Assembly: GCA_034667725.1 (NCBI GenBank)
Contig: JAXDQS010000003.1
Location: 448,001-512,000 of the forward strand
Length of the DNA stretch: 64,000 nucleotides
DNA from: Thermoplasmata archaeon
Lineage (GTDB): Archaea; Thermoplasmatota; E2; JACPAO01; JAHFTW01
Direction: 5' to 3'
Part shown: in pieces, positions 28,295 through 36,267 of the stretch
Position numbering within the stretch: the first letter of the stretch is position 1
Layout of the letters: each line of letters begins with the position of its first letter
The notes under the pieces: model-generated
Told to the model about the DNA's origin: nothing
What the model saw: the letters and a program-made list of their open reading frames with translations, nothing else
Databases searched by the model: none
Translations under genes and position numbers: made by a program

Positions 28295-28801
28295 TTATTC
28301 GTACTCGAACTGCCGCGAGTGGACCCACGCGATCAGGTCGAGCGCCACCTCGCACGACTCCGACACCTCGGGGTTCGGGTCGTGCAGGAACCGCTCCAGA
28401 ACGGGGACCGACGCCAGCTCGCCGATGGCACCCAAGGCCTCGGCGCATTCGTGGCGCACCATGACGTGCTCGTGCGGCTTCGCCAGCACCTCGGTCAGGA
28501 ACGGGACGGCGTGCGGGTCGCCCATCTGGCCGAGGACGTAGGCCAGCTCGTGGCGCAGCAGGGCGCTGGGGTCCGCGAACGCGGCCGCCAGCGCCTCGAC
28601 CGCCTCGGCGCCGCCGCGGTTCCGCAGCGCGAACACGGCGCGCATGCGCTGGAACATCGGCAGGCCGCGGTCCAGCAGGCGGGCGCGCAGCTCCGGCACG
28701 GTGGGGACGCCGGGCTTCGCCAGGTCTTGCGGCGGGGCGGGGTCCGTGCTGGTGTAGCCGGTCGCCTCGCGCATGGCGGCGAGCTGCGCCTTGCGGTCCA
28801 T
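28295..28801 (-). CDS. HEAT-repeat protein resembling one half of deoxyhypusine hydroxylase
   Basis: DPAPP, RAVFALRN, SALLRHELAYVLGQM, MVRHECAEALGAIG, ESCEVALD; two HE motifs 33 aa apart. Confidence 0.85.
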   Translation of the reverse strand: MDRKAQLAAMREATGYTSTDPAPPQDLAKPGVPTVPELRARLLDRGLPMFQRMRAVFALRNRGGAEAVEALAAAFADPSALLRHELAYVLGQMGDPHAVPFLTEVLAKPHEHVMVRHECAEALGAIGELASVPVLERFLHDPNPEVSESCEVALDLIAWVHSRQFEYE

Positions 28802-28826
28802 GGCCGTTTCCAGGGGGCGGGCGACT

Positions 28827-30365
28827 TCAGGCTTGCGGCGCGGCGGGGCGCTCCAGGAGCGGGGTGCCGCCGGACTGGAGGGCGGCGCGGATCTCGATGT
28901 ACTTGCCGCCCTGGAGCGGGTCGGCGGGGTAGGCGATGAACAGCCGGCCGTCGGGGGTCGCCTCGGCCTCGAAGAAGTCCAGGAGGGCGCGGTCGGAGCC
29001 GGTGGGCTGGCAGGTGCCGCCGCGGGTGCAGACGCCGCCGAGGTGGACGTCGGGGTCCACGATGGTCTCGACGACGGTGGCGTTCGGGGTGCCGAAGCCG
29101 TCGAGCACCCAGGTGCGCAGGCCCCATTGGGCGGGCTCGTAGTCGGAGTCGGTCATGGTGGTGCCGACCAGGGCGGCCACGGCGAACCGGTCGCCGGCGC
29201 CGCCGACCACCCACGGCATGATGGGGCTGGCCTTGACCATCGCGTCGCCAGGCAGGACCGTCATGACCTCCATGGCGGCGGGCGGGTCCCAGGTGGCGCC
29301 GCCGTCGGCGCTGCGCAGCAGCCACAGGCTCGTGCCCATGGGCGCCGCCCCTGTGGGCATGGCGGACGGCCAGAAGTCGGTGGCGTAGGCGACGACGACG
29401 GTGCCATCGCCGGTGACGTCGAGGGCGGGCGCCATGTGCAGGCCGCTCCAGTGGCCGCCGGTGTCGGTGGTCCGCCAGGTGGCGCCGGTGTCGAGGATTT
29501 CCCACGTGCGGCCGCCGTCGCGGGTGCGGGCGACCTTCATGGTGAACTCCTGGCTGCCGTAGAGGATGGCCGCGGGCGCGGTGCTCGGCTGCGTGAACGG
29601 GATGTAGGCCGTGGTGGCGTCGGGGGCGAAGGCGACGGGGCCCAGCCAGCCGATGTCGCTGCCGAGGGCGAGCGCGCCGGTCCAGGTGGCGCCGCCGTCG
29701 AAGGTGGTGTTGACGAGGACGGCGCGGCCCTGCTGCTTGCCGTCCATGTCCTTGCCGGAGCCCATCCAGGCGACGACGAGGTGGCCGGGGGCGCCGGCGG
29801 CCATCCATTGCCGGTCGCTGCCTTCGCCCTGCTCGACGACGCTGCCCAGGTACGTCCAGTTGCCGTCGCGCCAGGCGTGGACCTGGATGCCGCCGCCGCC
29901 CAGGTTGCTGGCGTAGAGCGTGCCGGCGGCGTCGACCGCGACCTCGGCGTCGCCGTTGGCGGCCGGGCCGTCGTCGGAGTAGCGGCCGTCGCCGGCGCGG
30001 TTGAGGCGGGTCCAGGTGGCGCCGTCGTCGGTGGAGCGGTACACTAGGCCGTGGCCGCAAGTGTCCTGGCCCGGCACGTCGACGAGGTAGAAGCCGGCGT
30101 CGCAGCCGGGGAAGGCCACCGCGAGGGAGCCGTCGAGGGCGGCCCAGGCGCTGGGCTCGCCGCCGCCGTACACGGGGCCGGTCTTGGCGATGGCGCCGAG
30201 GAGGGTGAAGGTGGGGGCCTCCAGGGCGGCGGGCTCGACGGCGCCTTGCAGCACGTGGGTCCAGGGCGCGGGCGGGGTCGGAGCGGACGGCTGGGGGTCC
30301 GGGTCCGTGGGGTTGGTGCAGCCGGCCACGAGGGCGAGGACCGCGAGGAGGGCGAAAGCGCGCAT
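28827..30365 (-). CDS. Lipoprotein with BNR/Asp-box repeats
   Basis: LVAGC; STDDGATW, TFDGGATW, TRDGGRTW, SADGGATW. Confidence 0.85.
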   Translation of the reverse strand: MRAFALLAVLALVAGCTNPTDPDPQPSAPTPPAPWTHVLQGAVEPAALEAPTFTLLGAIAKTGPVYGGGEPSAWAALDGSLAVAFPGCDAGFYLVDVPGQDTCGHGLVYRSTDDGATWTRLNRAGDGRYSDDGPAANGDAEVAVDAAGTLYASNLGGGGIQVHAWRDGNWTYLGSVVEQGEGSDRQWMAAGAPGHLVVAWMGSGKDMDGKQQGRAVLVNTTFDGGATWTGALALGSDIGWLGPVAFAPDATTAYIPFTQPSTAPAAILYGSQEFTMKVARTRDGGRTWEILDTGATWRTTDTGGHWSGLHMAPALDVTGDGTVVVAYATDFWPSAMPTGAAPMGTSLWLLRSADGGATWDPPAAMEVMTVLPGDAMVKASPIMPWVVGGAGDRFAVAALVGTTMTDSDYEPAQWGLRTWVLDGFGTPNATVVETIVDPDVHLGGVCTRGGTCQPTGSDRALLDFFEAEATPDGRLFIAYPADPLQGGKYIEIRAALQSGGTPLLERPAAPQA

Positions 30366-30528
30366 GGACGGGGGACTTCGGGGGCCCGTCATCAAGCTTC
30401 GGGGCCGGGCGATGCAGCGAAACGCCGGGTTGGCACCCGTTTGGATGCAGGATCGCAGCGGTCGGTCCAACATGCTCTTGCAGGGCCCTGGGTTTGGGCG
30501 GCCCGGTCCTCGGACCACGTGAACACCC

Positions 30529-30909
30529 ATGAAGACGACAACCCTGCTTGTGCTGGCCGCCGCCAGCCTGCTGCTTTTGACTGCCGCGCCGGCCAACGCC
30601 ATCCGCATCAACGGGCCTTCGCTCGTCGTGCCGTGCGAGCCGACCCCGCCCCCGTCCAGCGGCGGCCTCAACGGCTTCCTCGAGGGCGCCCTGCACGGCG
30701 CCACCACCGAGCTGTGCAACCAGTACGACGCCCTGATGGTCGAGGTCAACCGCGTGTACGGCGAGACCGTCACCAAGGCCAACGAGGTCGTGGACCAGGT
30801 CGAGCCCTTGGTCGAGGAGCAGCAGGACTTCGCCTGCGTCCTCATGTACGGCGAGCCGGACCCCCAGCCCGAGCGCGACCTCTGCCGCGAGATCGTCATC
30901 GGCGTCTGA
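30529..30909 (+). CDS. Small secreted protein with 4 Cys
   Basis: Sec signal MKTTTLLVLAAASLLLLTAAPANA; acidic helical mature part. Confidence 0.75.
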   Translation: MKTTTLLVLAAASLLLLTAAPANAIRINGPSLVVPCEPTPPPSSGGLNGFLEGALHGATTELCNQYDALMVEVNRVYGETVTKANEVVDQVEPLVEEQQDFACVLMYGEPDPQPERDLCREIVIGV

Positions 30910-30927
30910 GCCAACCCGGTCCTGCGG

Positions 30928-30950
30928 TTCCCCTTCTCCCCCTTTTCCTT
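30928..30950 (+). terminator. Pyrimidine-rich tract, putative archaeal terminator
   Basis: TTCCCCTTCTCCCCCTTTTCCTT just after the stop at 30909. Confidence 0.4.
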
Positions 30951-30956
30951 GCGTTT

Positions 30957-32516
30957 CTAGGCGCGGCGCACCAGGCTCTTGGCCGTCATGGCCGTGGGCA
31001 CGGGCAGGCCCATCAGGTCCAGCAGGGTGGGGCTGACGTTCTCCAAGGCGCCGCCGTGGGCCAGCGACTCGCCCTTGCGGCCGTTGACCAAGAGCAGCGG
31101 GCTGGGGTTCATCGTATGCTTGGTGACGGGTTCGCCGGGCTTGCCGTCCACGACCTTGCACATCTCCTCGGCGTTGCCGTGGTCGGCGGTGATGAGCGTG
31201 ACGAAGCCCAGCTCGGTGGCGACCTGGACGACGCGGTTGAGGCAGTTGTCCACGAACTCGACGGCCCGGATGGTGGCGTCCAGCTTGCCGGTGTGCCCGA
31301 CCATGTCCGGGTTGGCGTAGTTGACGACGAGGAAGTCGTGGCCGCCGGAGCCGAGCGCCCACAGCAGCCTGTCGGTGACCTCGCCGGCCGACATCTCGGG
31401 CGCCAGGTCGTAGGTGGCCACCCGCGGGCTCGGCACCAAGAGGCGCTCCTCGCCCGGAAACGGCGCCTCCCGGCCGCCGTTGAAGAAATAGGTGACATGG
31501 GCGTACTTCTCGGTCTCCGCGACGTGGAACTGCGTCAGGCCCAGCTTCGACAGGTGCTCAGCCAAACAGTCCTCGACCTTCTGCTGCCCATACGCGACGT
31601 GCAGGCCGGGCCAGCCCTCGAAGCCCTTGTCGTACTGCGTCATGCAGACCCACAGCAGGTCCGCGACCTTGGGGCGCGCGAAGCCGGTGAACGCCGGGTC
31701 CATGAACGCCCGCGTGACCTGCCGGCTGCGGTCGGGGCGGAAGTTGAGCCAGACCACGGCGTCGCCGGCGCGCACCACGCCCGCCGGGTCCACGACGGCG
31801 GGCTCGACGAACTCGTCGCCCTTGCCGGCGGCGTTGGCGGCGGCCACGGCGGCGTGCGCGCTCGGGAACCGGGCGCCCTTGGCCTCGGTGTAGAGCCGGT
31901 ACGCGGCCTCGGTGCGCTCCCAGCGCGCGTCGCGGTCCATGGCGTAGTAGCGGCCCGTGAAGTCGGCGATGCGGCCGACGCCGGCCTCGCGGAGTTGCCG
32001 CTCCAGCGTGTCGAGGTAGCCGAGGGCGCTCTGGGGTGGCGTGTCGCGGCCGTCGCCGACCGGGTGCACCCAGACGTCGCGCAGGCCCGCCTTGGCGGCG
32101 GCCTTGAGCGCGGCACCCAGGTGCGACTCGTGGGCGTGGACGCCGCCGGGCCCCAAGAGGCCCATGAGGTGGAGGCGGCCGCCCGTGCGGCGCGCGTGCG
32201 CGAACGCCGCCGCGAGGGCCGGCTCGGTGCCGAAGGCGCCGGCGGCGACGGCGTTGTTGATGCGCATGTAGTCCTGGTGCACGACGCGGCCGGCGCCGAT
32301 GTTGAGGTGGCCGACCTCCGAGTTGCCCATCTGGCCCGGGGGCAGGCCGACGGCGGGGCCGTTGTTCAGCAGCTCGGTCGTGGGGCAGGTGGCGCGCAGC
32401 CGGTCGAAGGTCGGGGTGCGGGCCAGCTTCACGGCGTTGCAGACGTGGGTCTCGTCGCCGAAGGCGAAGCCGTCCAGGACCACCAGGAGGGCGGGACGGT
32501 GCGTGCGCGGGGCCAC
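30957..32516 (-). CDS. gpmI: 2,3-bisphosphoglycerate-independent phosphoglycerate mutase (bacterial type)
   Basis: LVVLDG, GQMGNSEVGHLNIGAGR, GRYYAMDRD, NFRPDR, AETEKYAHVT, NPDMVGHTG, TADHGNAE. Confidence 0.95.
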   Translation of the reverse strand: MAPRTHRPALLVVLDGFAFGDETHVCNAVKLARTPTFDRLRATCPTTELLNNGPAVGLPPGQMGNSEVGHLNIGAGRVVHQDYMRINNAVAAGAFGTEPALAAAFAHARRTGGRLHLMGLLGPGGVHAHESHLGAALKAAAKAGLRDVWVHPVGDGRDTPPQSALGYLDTLERQLREAGVGRIADFTGRYYAMDRDARWERTEAAYRLYTEAKGARFPSAHAAVAAANAAGKGDEFVEPAVVDPAGVVRAGDAVVWLNFRPDRSRQVTRAFMDPAFTGFARPKVADLLWVCMTQYDKGFEGWPGLHVAYGQQKVEDCLAEHLSKLGLTQFHVAETEKYAHVTYFFNGGREAPFPGEERLLVPSPRVATYDLAPEMSAGEVTDRLLWALGSGGHDFLVVNYANPDMVGHTGKLDATIRAVEFVDNCLNRVVQVATELGFVTLITADHGNAEEMCKVVDGKPGEPVTKHTMNPSPLLLVNGRKGESLAHGGALENVSPTLLDLMGLPVPTAMTAKSLVRRA

Positions 32517-32539
32517 GCCGGCGGCGACCGGGTGGCGGC

Positions 32540-33151
32540 TCAAGAACCCGGCTGGACCATCATGCGCCGGCGTTCGAACGGAAAGCGGCGGTCGTGGCCA
32601 TCGCCTGGGTCCTCCGGGTCGAGCCGGGTCAAGGGGAAGCGGTGCAGCACGCGGTGGCGCGGGCCTTCGGGCCCTTGCTCGGAGGCGAACAGGCAGACCT
32701 CGTCGAACCAGTCCTCCGCGAACTGGGCCGCGCGGAAGTCGTCGCAGAACCGCCGCAGGTCCACGGGCTGGGGCAGACGGCCGAGGGTCACGTGGGCCGA
32801 GAACGGCCGGCCGGCGTTGGGGTCCTGGCGCATGGGGGTCGCGGCCTCCAGCAGCATGGCGAGCCCCTCGATGCCGCCGGCCACGGCGCCGGCCCAGACG
32901 ACGCGGGCGCGGGCCGGGTCGGGGAAGGCGCCGACGCCCTGGACGACCACGGGGACGGAGTGCGCCTCCTGCAAGACGGGAGCGACCGCGCGCACCACCG
33001 CCGTGGGGTCGGCCTCGCCCAGGAAGCGCAAGGTGAGGTGCCAGGAGCCGGGCGGGACCGGGCGGAGGCCGGGCGCGCGCTCCCGCAGGAAATGGGTCAC
33101 GCGCGCATATTGCGGCGACGGGGGCGCCTGCACGCCCAGGAAGAGGCGCAC
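32540..33151 (-). CDS. thpR: RNA 2',3'-cyclic phosphodiesterase (2'-5' RNA ligase family)
   Basis: RLFLG, HLTLRF, GAFP, HVTLGR (two HxT motifs). Confidence 0.9.
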   Translation of the reverse strand: MRLFLGVQAPPSPQYARVTHFLRERAPGLRPVPPGSWHLTLRFLGEADPTAVVRAVAPVLQEAHSVPVVVQGVGAFPDPARARVVWAGAVAGGIEGLAMLLEAATPMRQDPNAGRPFSAHVTLGRLPQPVDLRRFCDDFRAAQFAEDWFDEVCLFASEQGPEGPRHRVLHRFPLTRLDPEDPGDGHDRRFPFERRRMMVQPGS

Positions 33152-33277
33152 AAGGGAGGATGCCGTGGTGGGATGAAAAAACACGCCGGCATGGGTCGGG
33201 ATTGCCGTGCTTCCACCCGTCTCTGCCCAGGAAACCTAAGCCCGACCCCTGCATCCCCGCCCGCCCAGGTGAGCCAG

Positions 33278-33568
33278 ATGGCCACGTACCGCATCGAGTG
33301 CACCCATTGCCGCGAGACCAGCTTCATGACGACCCGCCCGCCCACCCCCGTCGGCGGCGACCGCGTCGTCCCCCGCCCCGCCCTGCGCTGCTGCCCCTGC
33401 TGCGGCCGCAGCGACCGGATGCGGGTCTTCGTCCAGGCGCGCCGGCCGGCGGACTACCACGACCACGTCCGCAGCGTCTGGCACGCCGACCGCCTGCCCA
33501 TCCCCGGCCAGGCCTGGCGGCGCATCCAGCAAGACATCCAGCGCTCGACGCCGCCGGTGGCGAAGTAG
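33278..33568 (+). CDS. Small Zn-finger protein (CPxCG-like)
   Basis: AGGTGA SD; CTHC and CCPCCG motifs. Confidence 0.6.
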   Translation: MATYRIECTHCRETSFMTTRPPTPVGGDRVVPRPALRCCPCCGRSDRMRVFVQARRPADYHDHVRSVWHADRLPIPGQAWRRIQQDIQRSTPPVAK

Positions 33569-33673
33569 GACCGCAGGCATGACCCGCGCTTTTTCCGCTT
33601 TCCCCTGGAACCGGCCGCCGCTTTCGACAATCCGACCAGGAGGGTCAAATCCCCCTTCGGCAACTCGAGCCGC

Positions 33674-34825
33674 GTGCGGGTCCTCCTAGGCATCGCCCTC
33701 TGCGCCCTTCTTGCCACCACGCCGGCCGCCGCCGACGTCGCCAGCCTCCTGCACCCCGAGTCCCCCCTCGGCCCCGTGCTTGAGAGCCATGCCGGCGCCG
33801 GCGTCCGCTCCTTCGGGCCCACGCACTCTCCCGTCGGCAGCGGCTTCGGCGGCTTCGGCGGCGGCAGCCCCAGCATCAACTACAGCCAGCCGTGCCCGGT
33901 CGGCCTGACCTTCAACGGCCCCAGCTCCCTGCCCTGCATGTTCGTCCCGACAGTTCCCGGCCCCGTCGTGCCGCCGCCCGGGCTGCTGATCGCTCCCATC
34001 AAGTCCACCGAGCCCGAGGTCGAGCCGCAAGCCCCCCGCGACGAGGTGGACGGCGGCCGCGACGCCGCCGCGGACGAGGCCACCGCCGTCGCCCCGCCCC
34101 AGGACGCCATGAGCGCCCGCGGCGCCGGCGACGCCACCCCCGCCCCGCTCCCGCCGCCCCGCCCCACGGGCCTCGCCGCCGCCCTCGCGCTGGCCGGCCC
34201 CGCCCTGCCCGTCGCCGGCTGGCTCGCCGCCCTGCTGCTGGCGGGCGGCGCCCTCGTCGCCATCCTGCTGGCCCGCCGCCGCGCCGGCCTGCCCTTGCTG
34301 CCGCTCGGCCAGAAGAACGGCCGCGCCCGCGCCACGGTGCGCGACGCCGTCCTCGAAGCCGTCCGCGCCAACCCCGGCATCCACAAGCAAGGCCTGGTGC
34401 GCCACCTCGGCCGCAGCAACGGCACCATCGAGCACCACCTCGACCGCCTCGTGGCCGCCGGCGAGGTCGTCCTGGTGCGCCGCAACGGCTACAACTGCCA
34501 CTTCGCCGCCGCCGGCGTCGACCGCCGCATCATGGGGGCCGCCGCCGTCCTCAAGTCGGAGACCGCCCGCAGCCTCCTCCAGGCCGTCGCCGCCACCCCC
34601 GGCCTGGGCCTCACCGTCGCGGCCCGCGCCCTCGGCGCCTCGGTCTCCACCATCCACTACCACCTCGGCCGCCTCGCGGAGGCCGGCCTCGTGCAGGTCC
34701 ACGCCGCCGGCTCCGCCCGCCACGTCCACCCCACTCCGCTGGCCCACCAGGCCCTGGCCACGTGGGCCGGCGCCGCCCCGGCGTCGGACGCCGGCAGCCA
34801 GGCGCCCAGCCTTGCCACCACCTGA
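33674..34825 (+). CDS. Signal peptide, Pro-rich ectodomain, TM helix, tandem winged-HTH regulator
   Basis: N-terminal signal; TM ending LARRR; VRANPGIH..GTIEHHLDRL and VAATPGL..STIHYHLGRLAEAGLV. Confidence 0.8.
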   Translation: MRVLLGIALCALLATTPAAADVASLLHPESPLGPVLESHAGAGVRSFGPTHSPVGSGFGGFGGGSPSINYSQPCPVGLTFNGPSSLPCMFVPTVPGPVVPPPGLLIAPIKSTEPEVEPQAPRDEVDGGRDAAADEATAVAPPQDAMSARGAGDATPAPLPPPRPTGLAAALALAGPALPVAGWLAALLLAGGALVAILLARRRAGLPLLPLGQKNGRARATVRDAVLEAVRANPGIHKQGLVRHLGRSNGTIEHHLDRLVAAGEVVLVRRNGYNCHFAAAGVDRRIMGAAAVLKSETARSLLQAVAATPGLGLTVAARALGASVSTIHYHLGRLAEAGLVQVHAAGSARHVHPTPLAHQALATWAGAAPASDAGSQAPSLATT

Positions 34826-34857
34826 GCCGTTCTTGGGGAAGGAGCGATCGCCCCGGC

Positions 34858-35052
34858 ATGGGCATCCTCGACATGTTCCGCGGCAAGAAGGCCGCCGCCA
34901 GCCAAGACCCCGTCTGCCACATGCAGGTCACGCCCGCCAAGGCCGCCGGCACGGCCACCCACGGCGGCACCACCTACCTGTTCTGCTCCGCCGGCTGCAA
35001 GGCCAAGTTCGAGAACGACCCGCACGCCTACCTCGGGGCGCACGCGCACTAA
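34858..35052 (+). CDS. YHS-domain protein
   Basis: DPVCHM...YLFCSAGCKAKFENDP. Confidence 0.85.
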   Translation: MGILDMFRGKKAAASQDPVCHMQVTPAKAAGTATHGGTTYLFCSAGCKAKFENDPHAYLGAHAH

Positions 35053-35069
35053 GGCGGAGCGGAATGAAG

Positions 35070-35142
35070 TGGGCCACTCCAGATTTGAACTGGAGGCTAC
35101 TGGTCCCGAACCAGCAAGGTTACCAAGCTACCCCAGTGGCCC
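35070..35142 (-). tRNA. tRNA-Pro (CGG)
   Basis: GGGCCAC/GTGGCCC acceptor stem, anticodon arm GCTGG-TTCGGGA-CCAGT, T-loop TTCAAAT; no encoded CCA. Confidence 0.92.
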
Positions 35143-35202
35143 TTGAACGTCCCCGACTTGAGGGGGGTATTTGGGCGTGGTGGCCTGGCGTCGGGCGGCG
35201 GC

Positions 35203-36252
35203 CTACGCCACCAGGATGTCGTCCACCCAGTAGCCGACGAAGTCGCCTTCGCCGCAGCCGGCCGGCAGGTTCGTGAGGGCGCTGCAGCCGGCGTCGGCGT
35301 CGAAGCGGAACTGCACGACCGTCGTGCCGGCGGGCAGGGGGAAGACGGCCTGGGTCCATTCGACGAGGTCGCCGTTGTAGTAGCCGATCTCGGTGAGGGT
35401 GCTGGCGTCGGGGCCGACGAGGACGTGCAGGCCGTCGAGGCCGTTGCTCTCGGCGCCGCCGCGGTACCAGAAGGAGAGCATGGTGTCGGCGGGGCTGGCC
35501 TTGAAGGGCAGGGTCTCGAGGCGGGTGCGGTAGTTGTCCGGGTAGCCGGAGAACCACGACTTGGCGCCGGCCTTGAACTGGTCGGTGGCTTGGGCCCAGG
35601 CGTTCTCGGGGAACTCGGCGTCCAGCTCGGTGGGGGCGCTGGGGTCGGGGGCCGCGAGGACGTTGCTGGTGATGGTGAACTGGCTGCCGTCGGTCTCGGC
35701 GCCGTCGGAGAACAGCGGGACCTTGGTGGGCGGGGGCGGCGGCTGGGCGGCGACCACGAGCATGGTGGCGTTGCCGGGCGCGCCGTTCTTGGGGGTCACG
35801 GTGGCGGTGAGCTTGTAGGTGCCCGCGACGGTGTAGGTGGCGGTGAGCTTGCCGGGCAGGGTGGAGCCGCCGCCGGCCTTGGTGGCCTTGGCGTCGGGGG
35901 TGGCGGCGCCGGTGGCGTTGGCGACCTGCTGCTGCATGACGATCCAGGTGCCGGAGGTGACGTTGGCGCCGTTGGCCTTGGCGGCGAGGGTGAAGTTGAC
36001 CGTGAGGGGAATGATGCCGTCGGGCTGGAGGCGGGCGAAGGCGACCTCGGTGCCGCCGGCAGCGCCCGTGCCGCCCGGCCCGGTCGTGCCGCCGGGGCCG
36101 GTGGTGCCGCCGGGGCCGGTCCCGCCAGGGCCGGTGGTGCCGCCGGGGCCCGTCGTGCTGTCGGTGCCGGTGGAGGCGGGGTCGTCGCCGGAGCAGCCGG
36201 CAAGGGCAAGGCCTAGGATGAGGAGGGCAACCATGCCCTTCGGGTCCGCCAT
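35203..36252 (-). CDS. Lipoprotein with (GTTGPG)n linker, PKD-like domain and C-terminal beta-sandwich domain
   Basis: LALAGC; tandem Gly/Thr/Pro repeat at about 36066-36157; TYTVAGTY; FSDGAE...FRFDAD...GYWVDDI. Confidence 0.8.
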   Translation of the reverse strand: MADPKGMVALLILGLALAGCSGDDPASTGTDSTTGPGGTTGPGGTGPGGTTGPGGTTGPGGTGAAGGTEVAFARLQPDGIIPLTVNFTLAAKANGANVTSGTWIVMQQQVANATGAATPDAKATKAGGGSTLPGKLTATYTVAGTYKLTATVTPKNGAPGNATMLVVAAQPPPPPTKVPLFSDGAETDGSQFTITSNVLAAPDPSAPTELDAEFPENAWAQATDQFKAGAKSWFSGYPDNYRTRLETLPFKASPADTMLSFWYRGGAESNGLDGLHVLVGPDASTLTEIGYYNGDLVEWTQAVFPLPAGTTVVQFRFDADAGCSALTNLPAGCGEGDFVGYWVDDILVA

Positions 36253-36267
36253 GGCGCGGGGAGGGGC

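Noticed and set aside
28295-28801. Generic PBS-lyase/CpcE HEAT annotation
   Set aside because: Paired RHE motifs plus DPAPP and ESCEVALD fit DOHH specifically, and there is no phycobiliprotein context.
36066-36157. 18-bp tandem repeat as a regulatory or contingency locus
   Set aside because: It is in frame with synonymous variation and encodes a GTTGPG linker.
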